NCBI GenBank assembly: GCA_964645795.1
Contig: CAZYCL010000009.1
Coordinates: 505-64,504 of the forward strand
Origin: an uncultured Planctomycetales bacterium
GTDB lineage: Bacteria; Omnitrophota; Gorgyraeia; Gygaellales; Profunditerraquicolaceae
Length of the DNA stretch: 64,000 bases
Reading direction: 5' to 3'
Below are positions 1-9,745 of this stretch, one piece after another. Position 1 is the first letter of the stretch. Every line of letters begins with the position of its first letter. The translations under genes were made by a program, and so were the position numbers. Below the pieces are notes generated by a model. The model searched no databases. It saw nothing but the letters and a program-made list of their open reading frames with translations, and was not told the origin of the DNA.

Positions 1-233
1 AGAACGGTAAACGTTATTTTAGGAAATCCAGGTTTTGAGCACCTGGCGCTTGGCTAGTAATTTTTTTTCGCAGGTCTATGACCTGCGGATCATATACGGG
101 ACAATATCTTCCGGTTGTTGCCTACGGGGTTATGAGCTCCCGAGTTATATGTGTAAGAATAAAGTGTAATGAATCAGGGCATTACACAGCGCCGCTTTAT
201 TCGAGTTGCGTGTGAATGTTACACTTAAATTCG

Positions 234-310
234 GGCCCATAGCTCAGTTGGTTAGAGCACAGCCCTGATAAGACTGGGGTCAGTGGTTCGAATCCACTTG
301 GGCCCACCAT
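234..310 (+). tRNA. tRNA-Ile (anticodon GAT), CCA encoded
   Basis: GGGCCCATAGCTCAGTTGGTTAGAGCAC...CCTGATAAG...GGTTCGAATCC...CCA. Canonical cloverleaf sequence in the rRNA spacer position. Confidence 0.9.
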
Positions 311-315
311 TATTC

Positions 316-391
316 GGGGATGTAGCTCAGCTGGGAGAGCACATGCTTTGCAAGCATGGGGTCGCGGGTTCAACTCCCGCCATCTCCACCA
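316..391 (+). tRNA. tRNA-Ala (anticodon TGC), CCA encoded
   Basis: GGGGATGTAGCTCAGCTGGGAGAGCAC..CTTTGCAAG..GGTTCAACTCC..CCA. It lies 5 nt after tRNA-Ile, the typical Ile-Ala spacer pair. Confidence 0.9.
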
Positions 392-1310
392 ATTAAAAGG
401 GCTTACAAATCTCCAGATAAAAACATTGTGGGTTCGGTGTCCTGCCTAGAAGTAGATAAGGGGTAGGAAGAGCATCTGTTTTGTCCCGCCAAGCTATTAA
501 TAGAGGGCGGGATCCCGTATTCCGAAAAAGCGTTCTTTTTTGAAAATTTATAAAGCATAGTTGGCGCAATTTCTTTACTTCAAACACTTCAGGTGTCGGT
601 AAATATGCGCTCAACCTAAATCCGTTCCACGCTTTGAACGCGTGGTTCTATGCTCTTTGACAACTTAATAAGTAACTAACGACAAGGTCGATTTGTCCCT
701 TTTTTGTGTTTTACACAAAAAAGGGACGGTTCTCCTGCTCCGTGAAAACGGGGGGAGAACCGATCTTGATGGTAGAAAACTACGATATAACCGAGAGAAT
801 CACGATTTTTGGTCAAGCTACAAAGAGTCTATGATGGATGACTCGGTTAGGTGAGGCGATGAAGGACGGGGTAAGCACCGATATGTCCCGGGTAGCCGCA
901 AACTGGCGTTAATCCGGGAAATTCCGAATGAGGAAACTCACCGCAGTTTATACTGCGGTATCTCCTGGCTGAAATTCAAAATAGGGCAGGAGAAGCGAAC
1001 CAGGCGAACTGAAACATCTAAGTAACCTGAGGAAAAGAAATCACAGAGATTCCCTTAGTAGCGGCGAGCGAAGAGGGAAGAGCCTAAACCTTTTTTCCGC
1101 AAGGAAAAAAGGGGTTGCGGGACCTCGATGTGGGATTGCAAATGGATAGCGGAAGTATCTGGAAGGATACGCAAGATAGAGTGAAAGCCTCGTACGCGAA
1201 ATCTAAAAGCACCCTAGAGGTATCCCAAGTATCACGGGACACGGGAAATCCTGTGAGAATCTGGGCCGACCACGGTCTAAGGCTAAAGACTACACCTAAA
1301 CCGATAGTGC

Positions 1311-1344
<34 letters not shown>

Positions 1345-2751
1345 GGTGAGGGGAGTGAAATAGAACCTAAAATCATAGACTTACAAGCGGTGGGAGGGCT
1401 ATGCGCATCCGCAAGGGTGCGAATGCCTGACCGCGTACCTTTTGCATAATGGTCCGACGAGTTACTGTGCGATGCAAGCTTAAGGCGTCTAATCCACGCC
1501 GCAAGCGCAGCGAAAGCGAGTCCTAACTGGGCGATTTAGTATCGTATAGTAGACCCGAAGCTGAGTGATCTACCCATGGCCAGCGCGAAGTTCCCCGAAA
1601 GGGGAATGGAGGTGCGAACCCTTCAGAGTTGAAAATCTGTGGGATGAGCTGTGGGTTGGAGCGAAAGACTAAACAAACTCAGAAATTGCTGGTTCTCCCC
1701 GAAACAATTCTAGGGTTCGCCTTGAGTAATAGAAGGTAGGGGTAGAGTGCTGAATGGGCCACGGGAGCATACTAGCTTGCTGGGCCCAACCAAACTCCGA
1801 ATACTACCTTCCGTATCTCAGGAGTAAGACGACGGGGGCTAAGCTCCGTTGTCCAAAGGGATTCAGCCCAGACCGCCAGCTAAGGTCCCTAAGAATAGGC
1901 TAAGTGGTAAAGGATGTGATTTCGCTTTAACAACCAGGATGTTGGCTCAGAGGCAGCCATCATTTAAAGAGTGCGTAACAGCTCACTGGTCGAGCGATTT
2001 CGCGCCTAAGATGACCGGGGCTCAAGCCTATTACCGAAGCTGCGGGTTCAGCCACCTCGTGTGGTTGAGCGGTAGGGGAGCATACTTTAATGGGTGAAGG
2101 TGTACCGAGAGGAGCACTGGACGTTAAAGTAGTGATTATGTCGGAATAAGTAGCGAAAATGTCTGTGAGAAACAGACACACCGAAAGTCCAAGGTTTCCT
2201 GGGGAAGGTTAATCCGCCCAGGGTTAGTCGATCCTAAGCTGAGGCCGTTTGGCGTAAGCGATGGATAATCTGTTAATATTCAGATACTAGTTAAGTTGCG
2301 TTAACACTTTCTGCATGACGCAGGAGGGACAGGATTGCGCAGTGTTGGATGTCTGCGTTCTTTATGCCGCAAGGCATGGAGGGGACCTCAAGGTTTCCGC
2401 GAGGGAAGTACCCGGATCCCTATTGCCAAGAAAATTGCAGTGGAGGAGTGGCTTAACTACTCGTACCGTAATCCGACACAGGTAGACCACCAGAATATGG
2501 TAAGGTGCTCGAGATAACTCTCTTTAAGGAACTCGGCAAAATAGCCCCGTACGTTCGCAATAAGGGGTGCCAGAAGGGTTGCAAGGCCCTTCCGGCCACA
2601 GTAAAGTGGCTTGGGTGACTGTTTAGCAAAAACACATCACTCTGCAAACTCGAAAGAGGAAGTATAGGGTGTGATACCTGCCCGGTGCTGGAAGGTTAAG
2701 GCAAGGGGTCAATAAGTCGCAAGATTTATGAAGCTCTGAACCGAAGCCCCA

Positions 2752-2786
<35 letters not shown>

Positions 2787-3463
2787 TAACCTAAAAAGCT
2801 AGCCTGCTCTGATTAAATTCAGAGAATAATAACCAACTGTATGCGGGGATCTCCTCAAAAAATGTCGATACTAGCTTGGCGCATTAAGCCGGAGCAGTAA
2901 AAATGCGGCATTCACGGGGATAATCCGCAGGGAAGTCAAAAGGAGCATTTATGACCCCTCAGAGACCAGACGTTGGAAATTCCTGCCGAAGTTCAAGGTT
3001 ATCTCCTGAATGGATTGTAGGGTTTGTCGACGCAGAAGGATGCTTCCATGTTGGCATAAGCCAGCATAGCGATCTTCGTTCTGGATATCAAGTCCTTCCA
3101 GAATTAACCGTAGTCCAACATGAGCGCGATCTGGATTTGTTGCATGAATTGCGTTCAACGATGAATTGCGGCGTAGTAAGAAGAAATCACGGAGACAGGT
3201 TCTGCTGGAGAGTAAGAAATTTAAAAAATCTCTCAGAAGCGATTATCCCCTTCTTCGATAAATATCCGCTAAAGTCAAAGAAATCTTTAGAATACATGAA
3301 ATTCAGGAAAGTGGTTCAAATGATGCAAAAAGGAGAACATCTTACAAGAGAAGGCTTCTCACGGATAGTTAAAATTGCGTCTGAAATGAACCGCAGCAAA
3401 CCTCGAACAGTACAGGAGTTTAAGAGAGAGTCCACTCCGGAATGAAAATTCTGGATAACAGTG
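2787..3463 (+). mobile_element. group I intron in 23S rRNA at the site equivalent to E. coli U1931/A1932, carrying a homing endonuclease ORF
   Basis: Conserved exon ..CCTAAGGT | AGCGAAATTCCTTG is split by 677 nt. The 5' exon ends in U and the insert ends in G (omega-G). The ORF with a LAGLIDADG motif lies inside the insert. Confidence 0.8.
2951..3445 (+). CDS. LAGLIDADG homing endonuclease (single-motif, I-CreI-like size, 164 aa), intron-encoded
   Basis: The motif IVGFVDAEGCFHVGI matches the LAGLIDADG consensus. A Shine-Dalgarno sequence AAGGAG sits 8 nt upstream of the ATG. The ORF lies entirely inside the 23S insertion. Confidence 0.8.
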   Translation: MTPQRPDVGNSCRSSRLSPEWIVGFVDAEGCFHVGISQHSDLRSGYQVLPELTVVQHERDLDLLHELRSTMNCGVVRRNHGDRFCWRVRNLKNLSEAIIPFFDKYPLKSKKSLEYMKFRKVVQMMQKGEHLTREGFSRIVKIASEMNRSKPRTVQEFKRESTPE

Positions 3464-4100
3464 AGCGAAATTCCTTGTGGGGTAAGTTCCCACGCGCACG
3501 AATGGTTTAACAACCTAAGCGCTGTCTCAAAGAGAGACTCGGCGAAATTGTAGTGGCGGTGAAGATGCCGTCTACCCGCATCAAGACGAAAAGACCCCAG
3601 AACCTTTACTGTAGCCTGCTATTGGGATTTGGATCACTATGTGTAGCATAGGTGGGAGACTTTGAAGTCCAGGCGCTAGCTTGGGCAGAGTCGCAATGTG
3701 AAATACCACCCTTATTGCTCTAAGTTTCTAACTTGCAGCCGTTATCCGGCGCGAGGACAGTGACAGGCGGGCAGTTTGACTGGGGCGGTTCCCTTCTAAA
3801 AGATAACGAAGGGGCCCCAAGGTTGGCTCAGGGCGGTCGGCAATCGCCCGTGGAGCGCAAGCGCATAAGCCAGCTTAACTGCGAGTCGGACACGACGAGC
3901 AGATACGAAAGTAGGGGCTAGTGATCCGGTGGTTTAAAGTGGAATTGCCATCGCTCAACGGATAAAAGGTACTCTGGGGATAACAGGCTTATCGGGCTCG
4001 AGAGTTCACATCGACAGCCCGGTTTGGCACCTCGATGTCGGCTCATCCTATCCTGGGGCTGTATAAGGTCCCAAGGGTCCGGCTGTTCGCCGGTTAAAAG

Positions 4101-4136
<36 letters not shown>

Positions 4137-4421
4137 AAATAGACCATGCTGTCTTTAAATCTGGCTAATTGCTGGGAAATCTGAGTATCCCGTATTACTA
4201 CTTGATGATCAGTCTCTATATGAGATAATGATCGTCGGGAGTGAAAATATATGGGTGCAGACAATCAGCAGGAAAGACTGGGAAACTTTACCAGAATCTT
4301 CAGAGACTGTACGCCAGAAACCTGCCGAGAGGCAGTTTAAGATACAGTCCGAACTGCATAGCGATATGCAGAGTCTGGCAGAAATGTCTAGACCCTCTAG
4401 AAATAGAGAGTAACAATATTG
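4137..4421 (+). mobile_element. ORF-less group I intron in 23S rRNA (peptidyl transferase region, about E. coli U2604/U2605)
   Basis: Conserved exon GTCGTGAGACAGT | TCGGTCTCTATC is split by 285 nt. The 5' exon ends in U and the insert ends in G. A candidate internal guide GCTGTCT sits 12 nt into the insert and can pair with exon AGACAGU (terminal U.G). The exon distance between the two insertion sites is 673 nt, the same as E. coli 1931 to 2604. Confidence 0.65.
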
Positions 4422-4977
4422 TCGGTCTCTATCTGATGTGGGCGTTAGGATACTTGAAGGGGAGTTCTTTTCAGTACGAGAGGACCTTAAGAAACGAACC
4501 TCTGGTGTTCCGGTTGTCCTGCCAAGGGCAAAGGCCGGGTAGCTAAGTTCGGAAGGGATAAGCGCTGAAAGCATCTAAGTGCCAAACCCGCCCCAAGATT
4601 AGGTATCCCTGTGCCGCAAGGCACTGAAGGCTGGTCGAAGACTACGACCTCGATAGGCGCAATGTGTAAGATCCGTAAGGATTTGAGCTAATGCGTACTA
4701 ATCAGCCAACCGGCTTGACCTTAAATCATTTTCGGTTAAGCGTAGTTTATACCTCACGAGTTACTTATGAAGTTGTTAAATTCTCCTCCTGGCGCAAGCC
4801 AGGAGGAGATTGATTTTCTTGCAGACGCTGCCGAGAATAATATTACGGCGGCAACCTTAGTAAGCGCAGTTAGCGTAAAACAAAGGGTCTGCTAAATAAT
4901 TTAAGGCTCCCGACTTAAACCTGGATAAAACCAAGGTATCGTCGGGAACCAAAATTTTTCGTTTCACGAAAAATTTT

Positions 4978-5091
4978 GGGGTGCTGTTACCGAGGGGGAA
5001 ACACCCGTTCCCATTCCGAATACGGCAGTTAAGCCCCTCATGGCCGATGGTAGTGTACTCGTAAGGGTATGTGAGAGTAGGTAGGCGCTCC
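4978..5091 (+). rRNA. rrf: 5S rRNA
   Basis: CCCATTCCGAA..GTTAAGC..GCCGATGGTAGTGT..GAGAGTAGG motifs are present. The terminal helix GGGGTGC/GCGCTCC closes the molecule. Confidence 0.85.
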
Positions 5092-5100
5092 TTTAATTTC

Positions 5101-5139
5101 GCCCCTAACCGAAAGTAATTTTGGTTAGGGGCTTTTTTT
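5101..5139 (+). terminator. rho-independent terminator ending the rRNA operon
   Basis: GCCCCTAACC-gaaagtaattt-GGTTAGGGGC followed by TTTTTTT. Confidence 0.8.
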
Positions 5140-5639
5140 GTCTTCTAGGGCGAAATTAAAGGACTGCGCTAGATAAAAGATATAAGGTGCTTGTCCTTTT
5201 TACGGGGCTTGCCCCCTCCTAAAGAGCGACGAACTCTGGAGAGCGAGGAGCGAGTGAGAGCTAGGTAGGTGCTCTCGAAACTCAAGCAGGGACTGTCCCC
5301 GCCGTATAGTTTTTTGATTAAGCGATAAGGGGGCACCCAAACCTATCGGTTGATTTGGTGCTCATTTGTATGGGCTGTCCCTTAATTGAATCTGCTCAGT
5401 CGCGGGTCCTGTCACGGCGTCCACCCGCTAACTCAATCTGAAATTCCTTGTTAGATTTCCCTTTTAATTTCGTCTATTATCCCGGAGAAGGCAGAAGGCC
5501 TTCAATCGTGCCCCCTCGTAGCATAAACGGATAATGCTCCTTTCTAGCTAAGAGGACGATGCGGGTCCGAGCCCCGCCGAGGGGGTGTCGAATGTGGCTG
5601 CGGTTAGGTCGGAAAGGCTAGCCGCAGTCATCCTATTAC

Positions 5640-5668
5640 TTGACATACTATTTTTAGGCTTGTATACT
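5640..5668 (+). promoter_or_regulatory. near-consensus sigma70 promoter (TTGACA-17-TATACT)
   Basis: TTGACA at 5640-5645, a 17-nt spacer, then TATACT at 5663-5668. Confidence 0.5.
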
Positions 5669-5675
5669 ATAATTG

Positions 5676-5743
5676 ACTTAGCTAGAAAGGTCAGGATAGA
5701 GCATTTATGCTACGAGGAAAGGCGTCGGAAACGGCGCCTTTTT
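5676..5743 (+). ncRNA. candidate short transcript (about 65 nt) between the promoter and an intrinsic terminator
   Basis: The consensus promoter lies 7 nt upstream. The terminator GGCGTCG-GAAA-CGGCGCC plus TTTTT lies at 5721-5743. There is no convincing ORF or RBS in between. Confidence 0.3.
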
Positions 5744-5887
5744 GCTTTCCTGCGATACGGAATATTATTCGATAAATTTAAAAGAAATTGTGGTATACTT
5801 TATAGGATAAAGAAATAAAAAAAGGGGGGGTGCCTGGTCAAGGTAAAACCAAAGATTCTCCTTTTTGTTATTTTACAATCCGCAGTA

Positions 5888-6673
5888 TTGTTCATCGGCT
5901 ATTTCGATCTTCAGACGGGCTTCCGTATAAGCTTCTCCCTATTCTATCTTATCCCTATAATTTTGACTGCGTGGTTTTTGGGTATAGTGCCGGGTCAGAT
6001 AACGGCAGTATTCAGCGCATTAACCTGGTTCTGGGCTGATAACCTGGCCGGGCACACCTACGCTTTCAGGCTTACTCCTTACTGGAATGCCCTCGTACGC
6101 CTGTTCCACTTTTCTATCCCCGTACTTATTGTGGCCCTTGTCAGGTTATTGGAGGAGGAGAAAAGGCTTTCCCGGACAGACCATTTAACGGGTATCGGGA
6201 ATAAGAGGCATTTTTATGAATCCGCGAACAGGGAGATCGAGCGCTGCCGAAGGTATGCGCATCCGGTCACCCTGGTCTATCTTGACTGCGACGATTTCAA
6301 GCTGGTCAATGACCGCCTGGGCCATCATAAGGGCGATTCGCTCTTGAGGGCGGTAGGTTCTTCTTTAAAGAAGAATACCCGGGTATTAGATACGGCTTGC
6401 AGGATCGGAGGGGATGAGTTTGTGGTGCTTCTGCCGCAGACAGGTTATGAGGGCGCCAGGAAGTACCTCGACCGGTTCCTGGATATTCTTAAAAATGAGC
6501 TCAAGGACAAGCGCTTCCCAATTACCTGCAGTATCGGTGCCGCTACGTTTATCCTGCCGCCGGATTCCGCCGAACAGATGCTTAAGGAGGCAGACAGCCT
6601 CATGTACAGCGCCAAAGAGCAAGGGAAAAACCGCATTGTGCATAATATCTGCAGCAACAACCCCCCCGGATAA
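5888..6673 (+). CDS. membrane-anchored diguanylate cyclase (GGDEF domain); N-terminal start uncertain (TTG)
   Basis: RxGGDEF motif (IGGDEFVVLL) and the GGDEF-domain core LTGIGNKRHF..YLDCDDFKLVNDRLGHHKGD. Two N-terminal hydrophobic helices. Confidence 0.8.
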   Translation: MFIGYFDLQTGFRISFSLFYLIPIILTAWFLGIVPGQITAVFSALTWFWADNLAGHTYAFRLTPYWNALVRLFHFSIPVLIVALVRLLEEEKRLSRTDHLTGIGNKRHFYESANREIERCRRYAHPVTLVYLDCDDFKLVNDRLGHHKGDSLLRAVGSSLKKNTRVLDTACRIGGDEFVVLLPQTGYEGARKYLDRFLDILKNELKDKRFPITCSIGAATFILPPDSAEQMLKEADSLMYSAKEQGKNRIVHNICSNNPPG

Positions 6674-6720
6674 TATCTAAGAATTTGCAATATGCGGCCG
6701 TTAATATATAATGATTAACT

Positions 6721-7842
6721 ATGGAAAGAGTCGATACCGTTATCATCGGCGCCGGCGTCGTGGGGTTGGCAGTTGCCTGCGAGCTTTCGAATGCCGGAAA
6801 AGAAGCGTTGGTAGTTGAAAGAAATTCAGGCTTCGGCCAGGAGACCAGTTCCCGTAATAGCGAAGTGATCCACTCCGGGATCTATTATCCCACAGGCTCC
6901 CTTAAGCATATGACCTGCGTTGAAGGCAGAGACTTGCTTTATGAGTATTGCCGAAAATATTCAATTGCCAACAAGAAGGCCGGGAAGTTGATCGTGGCGG
7001 TTGATAAGGATGAGGTAAAAGCGCTTGAGGCGCTTTACGCAAACGGCATTAATAACGGCGTCGCAAACCTTATCATGCTTAGCCGTCTCGATATCAAGAA
7101 AATGGAGCCGCAGGTTGATGCAGAAGCTGCGCTTTATTCGCCTTCAACCGGCATACTGGATACCCATTCTTTTATGAAGAGCCTGGCTGGCAGGATTACG
7201 GCAGCAGGAGGCCAGATCGCCTATCGCAGCGAATTAATAGGCATCGCTAAATCCGGGCAAGGATTCGAGATTACGGTTAAGGACAATACGGGCGAAGAGC
7301 TAAGGATCAGGGCTTGTCATATAGTTAACTCTGCCGGGCTTTATGCCGATAAGGTGGCGTTAATGGCGGGGCTTAATAGGCCGGATTACAGGATTAAATA
7401 CTGCAAAGGAGATTACTTTCGCGTAAGGGCCTCAAAGGCAAAACACATCGCTCATCTGGTGTATCCGGTCCCCAAGCCCAGCCACGGCGGCCTGGGTATC
7501 CACGTTACCTTGGATCTGGCTGGCGGGATGAGGCTGGGGCCGGACGATGAGTATGTAGACAAGATTTTTTATGAAGTTGACCCGGCTAAGGCAGGCCTCT
7601 TCTTTGAAAGCGCCCGCAAGTTCCTGCCGTTCCTTGGACCGGGCGATATTAACGTAGATACTTCGGGCGTTCGTCCCAAATTACAGGGTCCAGGTGAGGA
7701 TTTCCGCGATTACATTATTCAGGATGAAGCAAGAAACGGCCTGCCCGGCCTGATCAATTTGATAGGTATCGAGTCTCCCGGCTTTACCGCATCCTTGGCG
7801 ATCGCCAGGAGGGTCAAAGATATGGTCTTGCAGGCGGCATAA
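6721..7842 (+). CDS. FAD-dependent oxidoreductase, L-2-hydroxyglutarate oxidase (LhgO)-like
   Basis: N-terminal DTVIIGAGVVGLAVA Rossmann motif. NSxVIHSGIYYP block resembles the LhgO/DAO family. Confidence 0.6.
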   Translation: MERVDTVIIGAGVVGLAVACELSNAGKEALVVERNSGFGQETSSRNSEVIHSGIYYPTGSLKHMTCVEGRDLLYEYCRKYSIANKKAGKLIVAVDKDEVKALEALYANGINNGVANLIMLSRLDIKKMEPQVDAEAALYSPSTGILDTHSFMKSLAGRITAAGGQIAYRSELIGIAKSGQGFEITVKDNTGEELRIRACHIVNSAGLYADKVALMAGLNRPDYRIKYCKGDYFRVRASKAKHIAHLVYPVPKPSHGGLGIHVTLDLAGGMRLGPDDEYVDKIFYEVDPAKAGLFFESARKFLPFLGPGDINVDTSGVRPKLQGPGEDFRDYIIQDEARNGLPGLINLIGIESPGFTASLAIARRVKDMVLQAA

Positions 7843-8061
7843 CAGGTTTTGATTATGCAGTCCGAATGTCTATTTTCTAAAACATAGTGTTTAAAAAACG
7901 CAACAAGTAGGCATCATTTCCGCGTTCCTCTGTACTGTCCTGATTTATATAACCTCATGTTAATGCCAAAGTTATATTTATTCTCCAAATCCTGCTATTT
8001 TGGCATAAGAATTGCTATATAAAAATTGGGAGATAATATCCATAAGTAAAGGAGGGTTATA

Positions 8062-8856
8062 ATGAAGAGGATTTTTTGTCTATTCTTCCTCATGTGTTTA
8101 CTGATCTTATCTGCGAACAGCAGCGCTTTTGCGGTAGTTACCGGCAGCGGTTCGATGGAGTGGGACCTTGGTTTTACCGGCGATATAAGCTATGGCTGGG
8201 CTGCAAACTACTATGGAGGGATATCCTACGGATATCTTGACCATTACGGTTATCAATCTTATAACCATTACTATTTAGATGGGGATTACACGGGTTACGA
8301 TGCCGACGGCCCGAGTTGGATATCTGCGACCTGGGATCCTGCGACTGCCAACCAGCAGTTCAACTTTTCGGCTCAAAGCAATGATCCTAATCTGGTTGCC
8401 GAAACCTGGGTTGGTATGGGAGGACGAATTCTTAATATCGGACCATATGCGCAGCTTCCTGATTTTTCCTTTGATTATGATTTTTACGGGATCACTGATT
8501 CAGCAAACGACTCTTTGCAGTTTATGTTCCAGGGCGAGCTTCTCTATGTTGGGGGCGGAGGCGAGCATGTAGTTTATACGGATTACCAGGGTTCTCCTTA
8601 CGGGGAAAACTTCTTGAATTTCTATGTTAACGGGGCAGGCCAGGTTCTTGATGAAGAGGGAACGCGGACGTTCAGCGGTTATAGTACCCATGACGGCCAG
8701 CCTTACAACTGGTATTTTTATTTTGATTTCGGAGGAGGCGGAAGGGATTGGCCCAGCGGTCAGGCAAATAATGTTGTCCCCGAACCTGCAAGTTTATCGC
8801 TTTTGGGGTTAGGGTTGTTTGGGCTGGCATTCAGGAGGAAAAGAATTATTAAATAA
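8062..8856 (+). CDS. secreted G/Y/D-rich protein with C-terminal PEP-CTERM sorting signal
   Basis: Signal peptide. C terminus VPEPASLSLLGLGLFGLAFRRKR has a VPEP motif, a TM helix and a basic tail. Confidence 0.8.
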   Translation: MKRIFCLFFLMCLLILSANSSAFAVVTGSGSMEWDLGFTGDISYGWAANYYGGISYGYLDHYGYQSYNHYYLDGDYTGYDADGPSWISATWDPATANQQFNFSAQSNDPNLVAETWVGMGGRILNIGPYAQLPDFSFDYDFYGITDSANDSLQFMFQGELLYVGGGGEHVVYTDYQGSPYGENFLNFYVNGAGQVLDEEGTRTFSGYSTHDGQPYNWYFYFDFGGGGRDWPSGQANNVVPEPASLSLLGLGLFGLAFRRKRIIK

Positions 8857-8876
8857 AAATATAGTATAATATAAAT

Positions 8877-8914
8877 GGGGACGGTTCTCTAACGAGAACC
8901 GTCCCCATTTTTTT
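8877..8914 (+). terminator. rho-independent terminator
   Basis: GGGGACGGTTCTC-taac-GAGAACCGTCCCC followed by TTTTTTT. Confidence 0.85.
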
Positions 8915-9015
8915 GTCCTGCAGTTCCGCAAGGAATGAGGGGTTTTTGTGATTGACAGTTGTTCATCGCGGGAGTTACAATACTGCTATAAGATTAAAAC
9001 TTTGGTGTAACCTTA

Positions 9016-9399
9016 ATGACCGATATATCCTTTAGGCAGAAATTTGAAGCAAGGGGCAATAAGGCGTCGCTTCCCCCTGAGGAGCGGGAGTTCTTGGATT
9101 TTTGTGCTGCCCTGAGGGATTTTCATAAGCGCAACCCTTGTTATTTTAAGCCTTCCATCAGGGCATGCCCGGATAAGGCGCGCCTCGATCTTTTAGTCAT
9201 AGACGCCAGGCCGCTTAAGAAGATAGATTATGAAGAAGTCATAGATCCCAATTCCGAAGGGATGCTTACTTTTAGCTTTTGGAGAGCGGATACCGGTCAT
9301 TTTTTCCTGCGCGTTCACGGCCACGGAGATTCGGGAAGGGATGAGCTCTTCGGCCCGTTTAAGAAGGCAGGAAGGAAATTTGAGCTGGTAAAGATGTGA
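9016..9399 (+). CDS. hypothetical protein
   Basis: 127-aa ORF with no recognisable motifs. Confidence 0.45.
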   Translation: MTDISFRQKFEARGNKASLPPEEREFLDFCAALRDFHKRNPCYFKPSIRACPDKARLDLLVIDARPLKKIDYEEVIDPNSEGMLTFSFWRADTGHFFLRVHGHGDSGRDELFGPFKKAGRKFELVKM

Positions 9400-9439
9400 T
9401 GTTGCTTAAAAAGGCGGCATCGATTACAAAGGAGGATGC

Positions 9440-9610
9440 ATGAAGCTGTCTTCAAAGTTCTATGTTCTTCTGGGCTATATTATTTTGATCATCGCCCTTT
9501 TGGCGAAAGCGCTTGTGTTGGCCAACCCGAATATGTCGATGCTGGTAAAACCCAGCAGCTTCCTTATTTTGGCCAATATTGCGTTCGTGCTGGCAGTGAT
9601 CGCCAAGTAA
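9440..9610 (+). CDS. small hydrophobic membrane protein (56 aa, two predicted TM helices)
   Basis: AAGGAGG RBS lies 6-10 nt upstream of the ATG at 9440. The product is strongly hydrophobic. It is not in the supplied ORF track because it is under 60 aa. Confidence 0.4.
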   Translation: MKLSSKFYVLLGYIILIIALLAKALVLANPNMSMLVKPSSFLILANIAFVLAVIAK

Positions 9611-9745
9611 TTGGTTATAAGTCAGGCGGTTAGCCGGTTTAGAGCAAAAACAGCTGCAAGCTTAAGCCGGCTAACCATCTGATTTATAAATACTCGCGTC
9701 AACTTACCCCTTGTAGTTTTCCTGTCCGCGGATATAATAAATAAC

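Noticed and set aside
393-614. 73-aa ORF on the minus strand in the tRNA-23S spacer
   Set aside because: It lies in the rRNA leader among processing hairpins. It has no RBS and the sequence is low-complexity. Most likely spurious.
4209-4574. ORFs (121, 61 and 101 aa) overlapping the second 23S intron; considered as a possible intron-encoded endonuclease
   Set aside because: They have no LAGLIDADG, GIY-YIG or HNH motifs and no RBS. Two of them run across the intron/exon boundary into conserved 23S sequence.
5585-5818. 77-aa ORF in the post-rRNA gap
   Set aside because: It spans the predicted promoter and the intrinsic terminator in one frame. It has no RBS and a low-complexity product.
5830-6039. 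69-aa ORF overlapping the start of the GGDEF gene in another frame
   Set aside because: It is overlapped by the domain-bearing GGDEF reading frame. Its GTG start has no SD.
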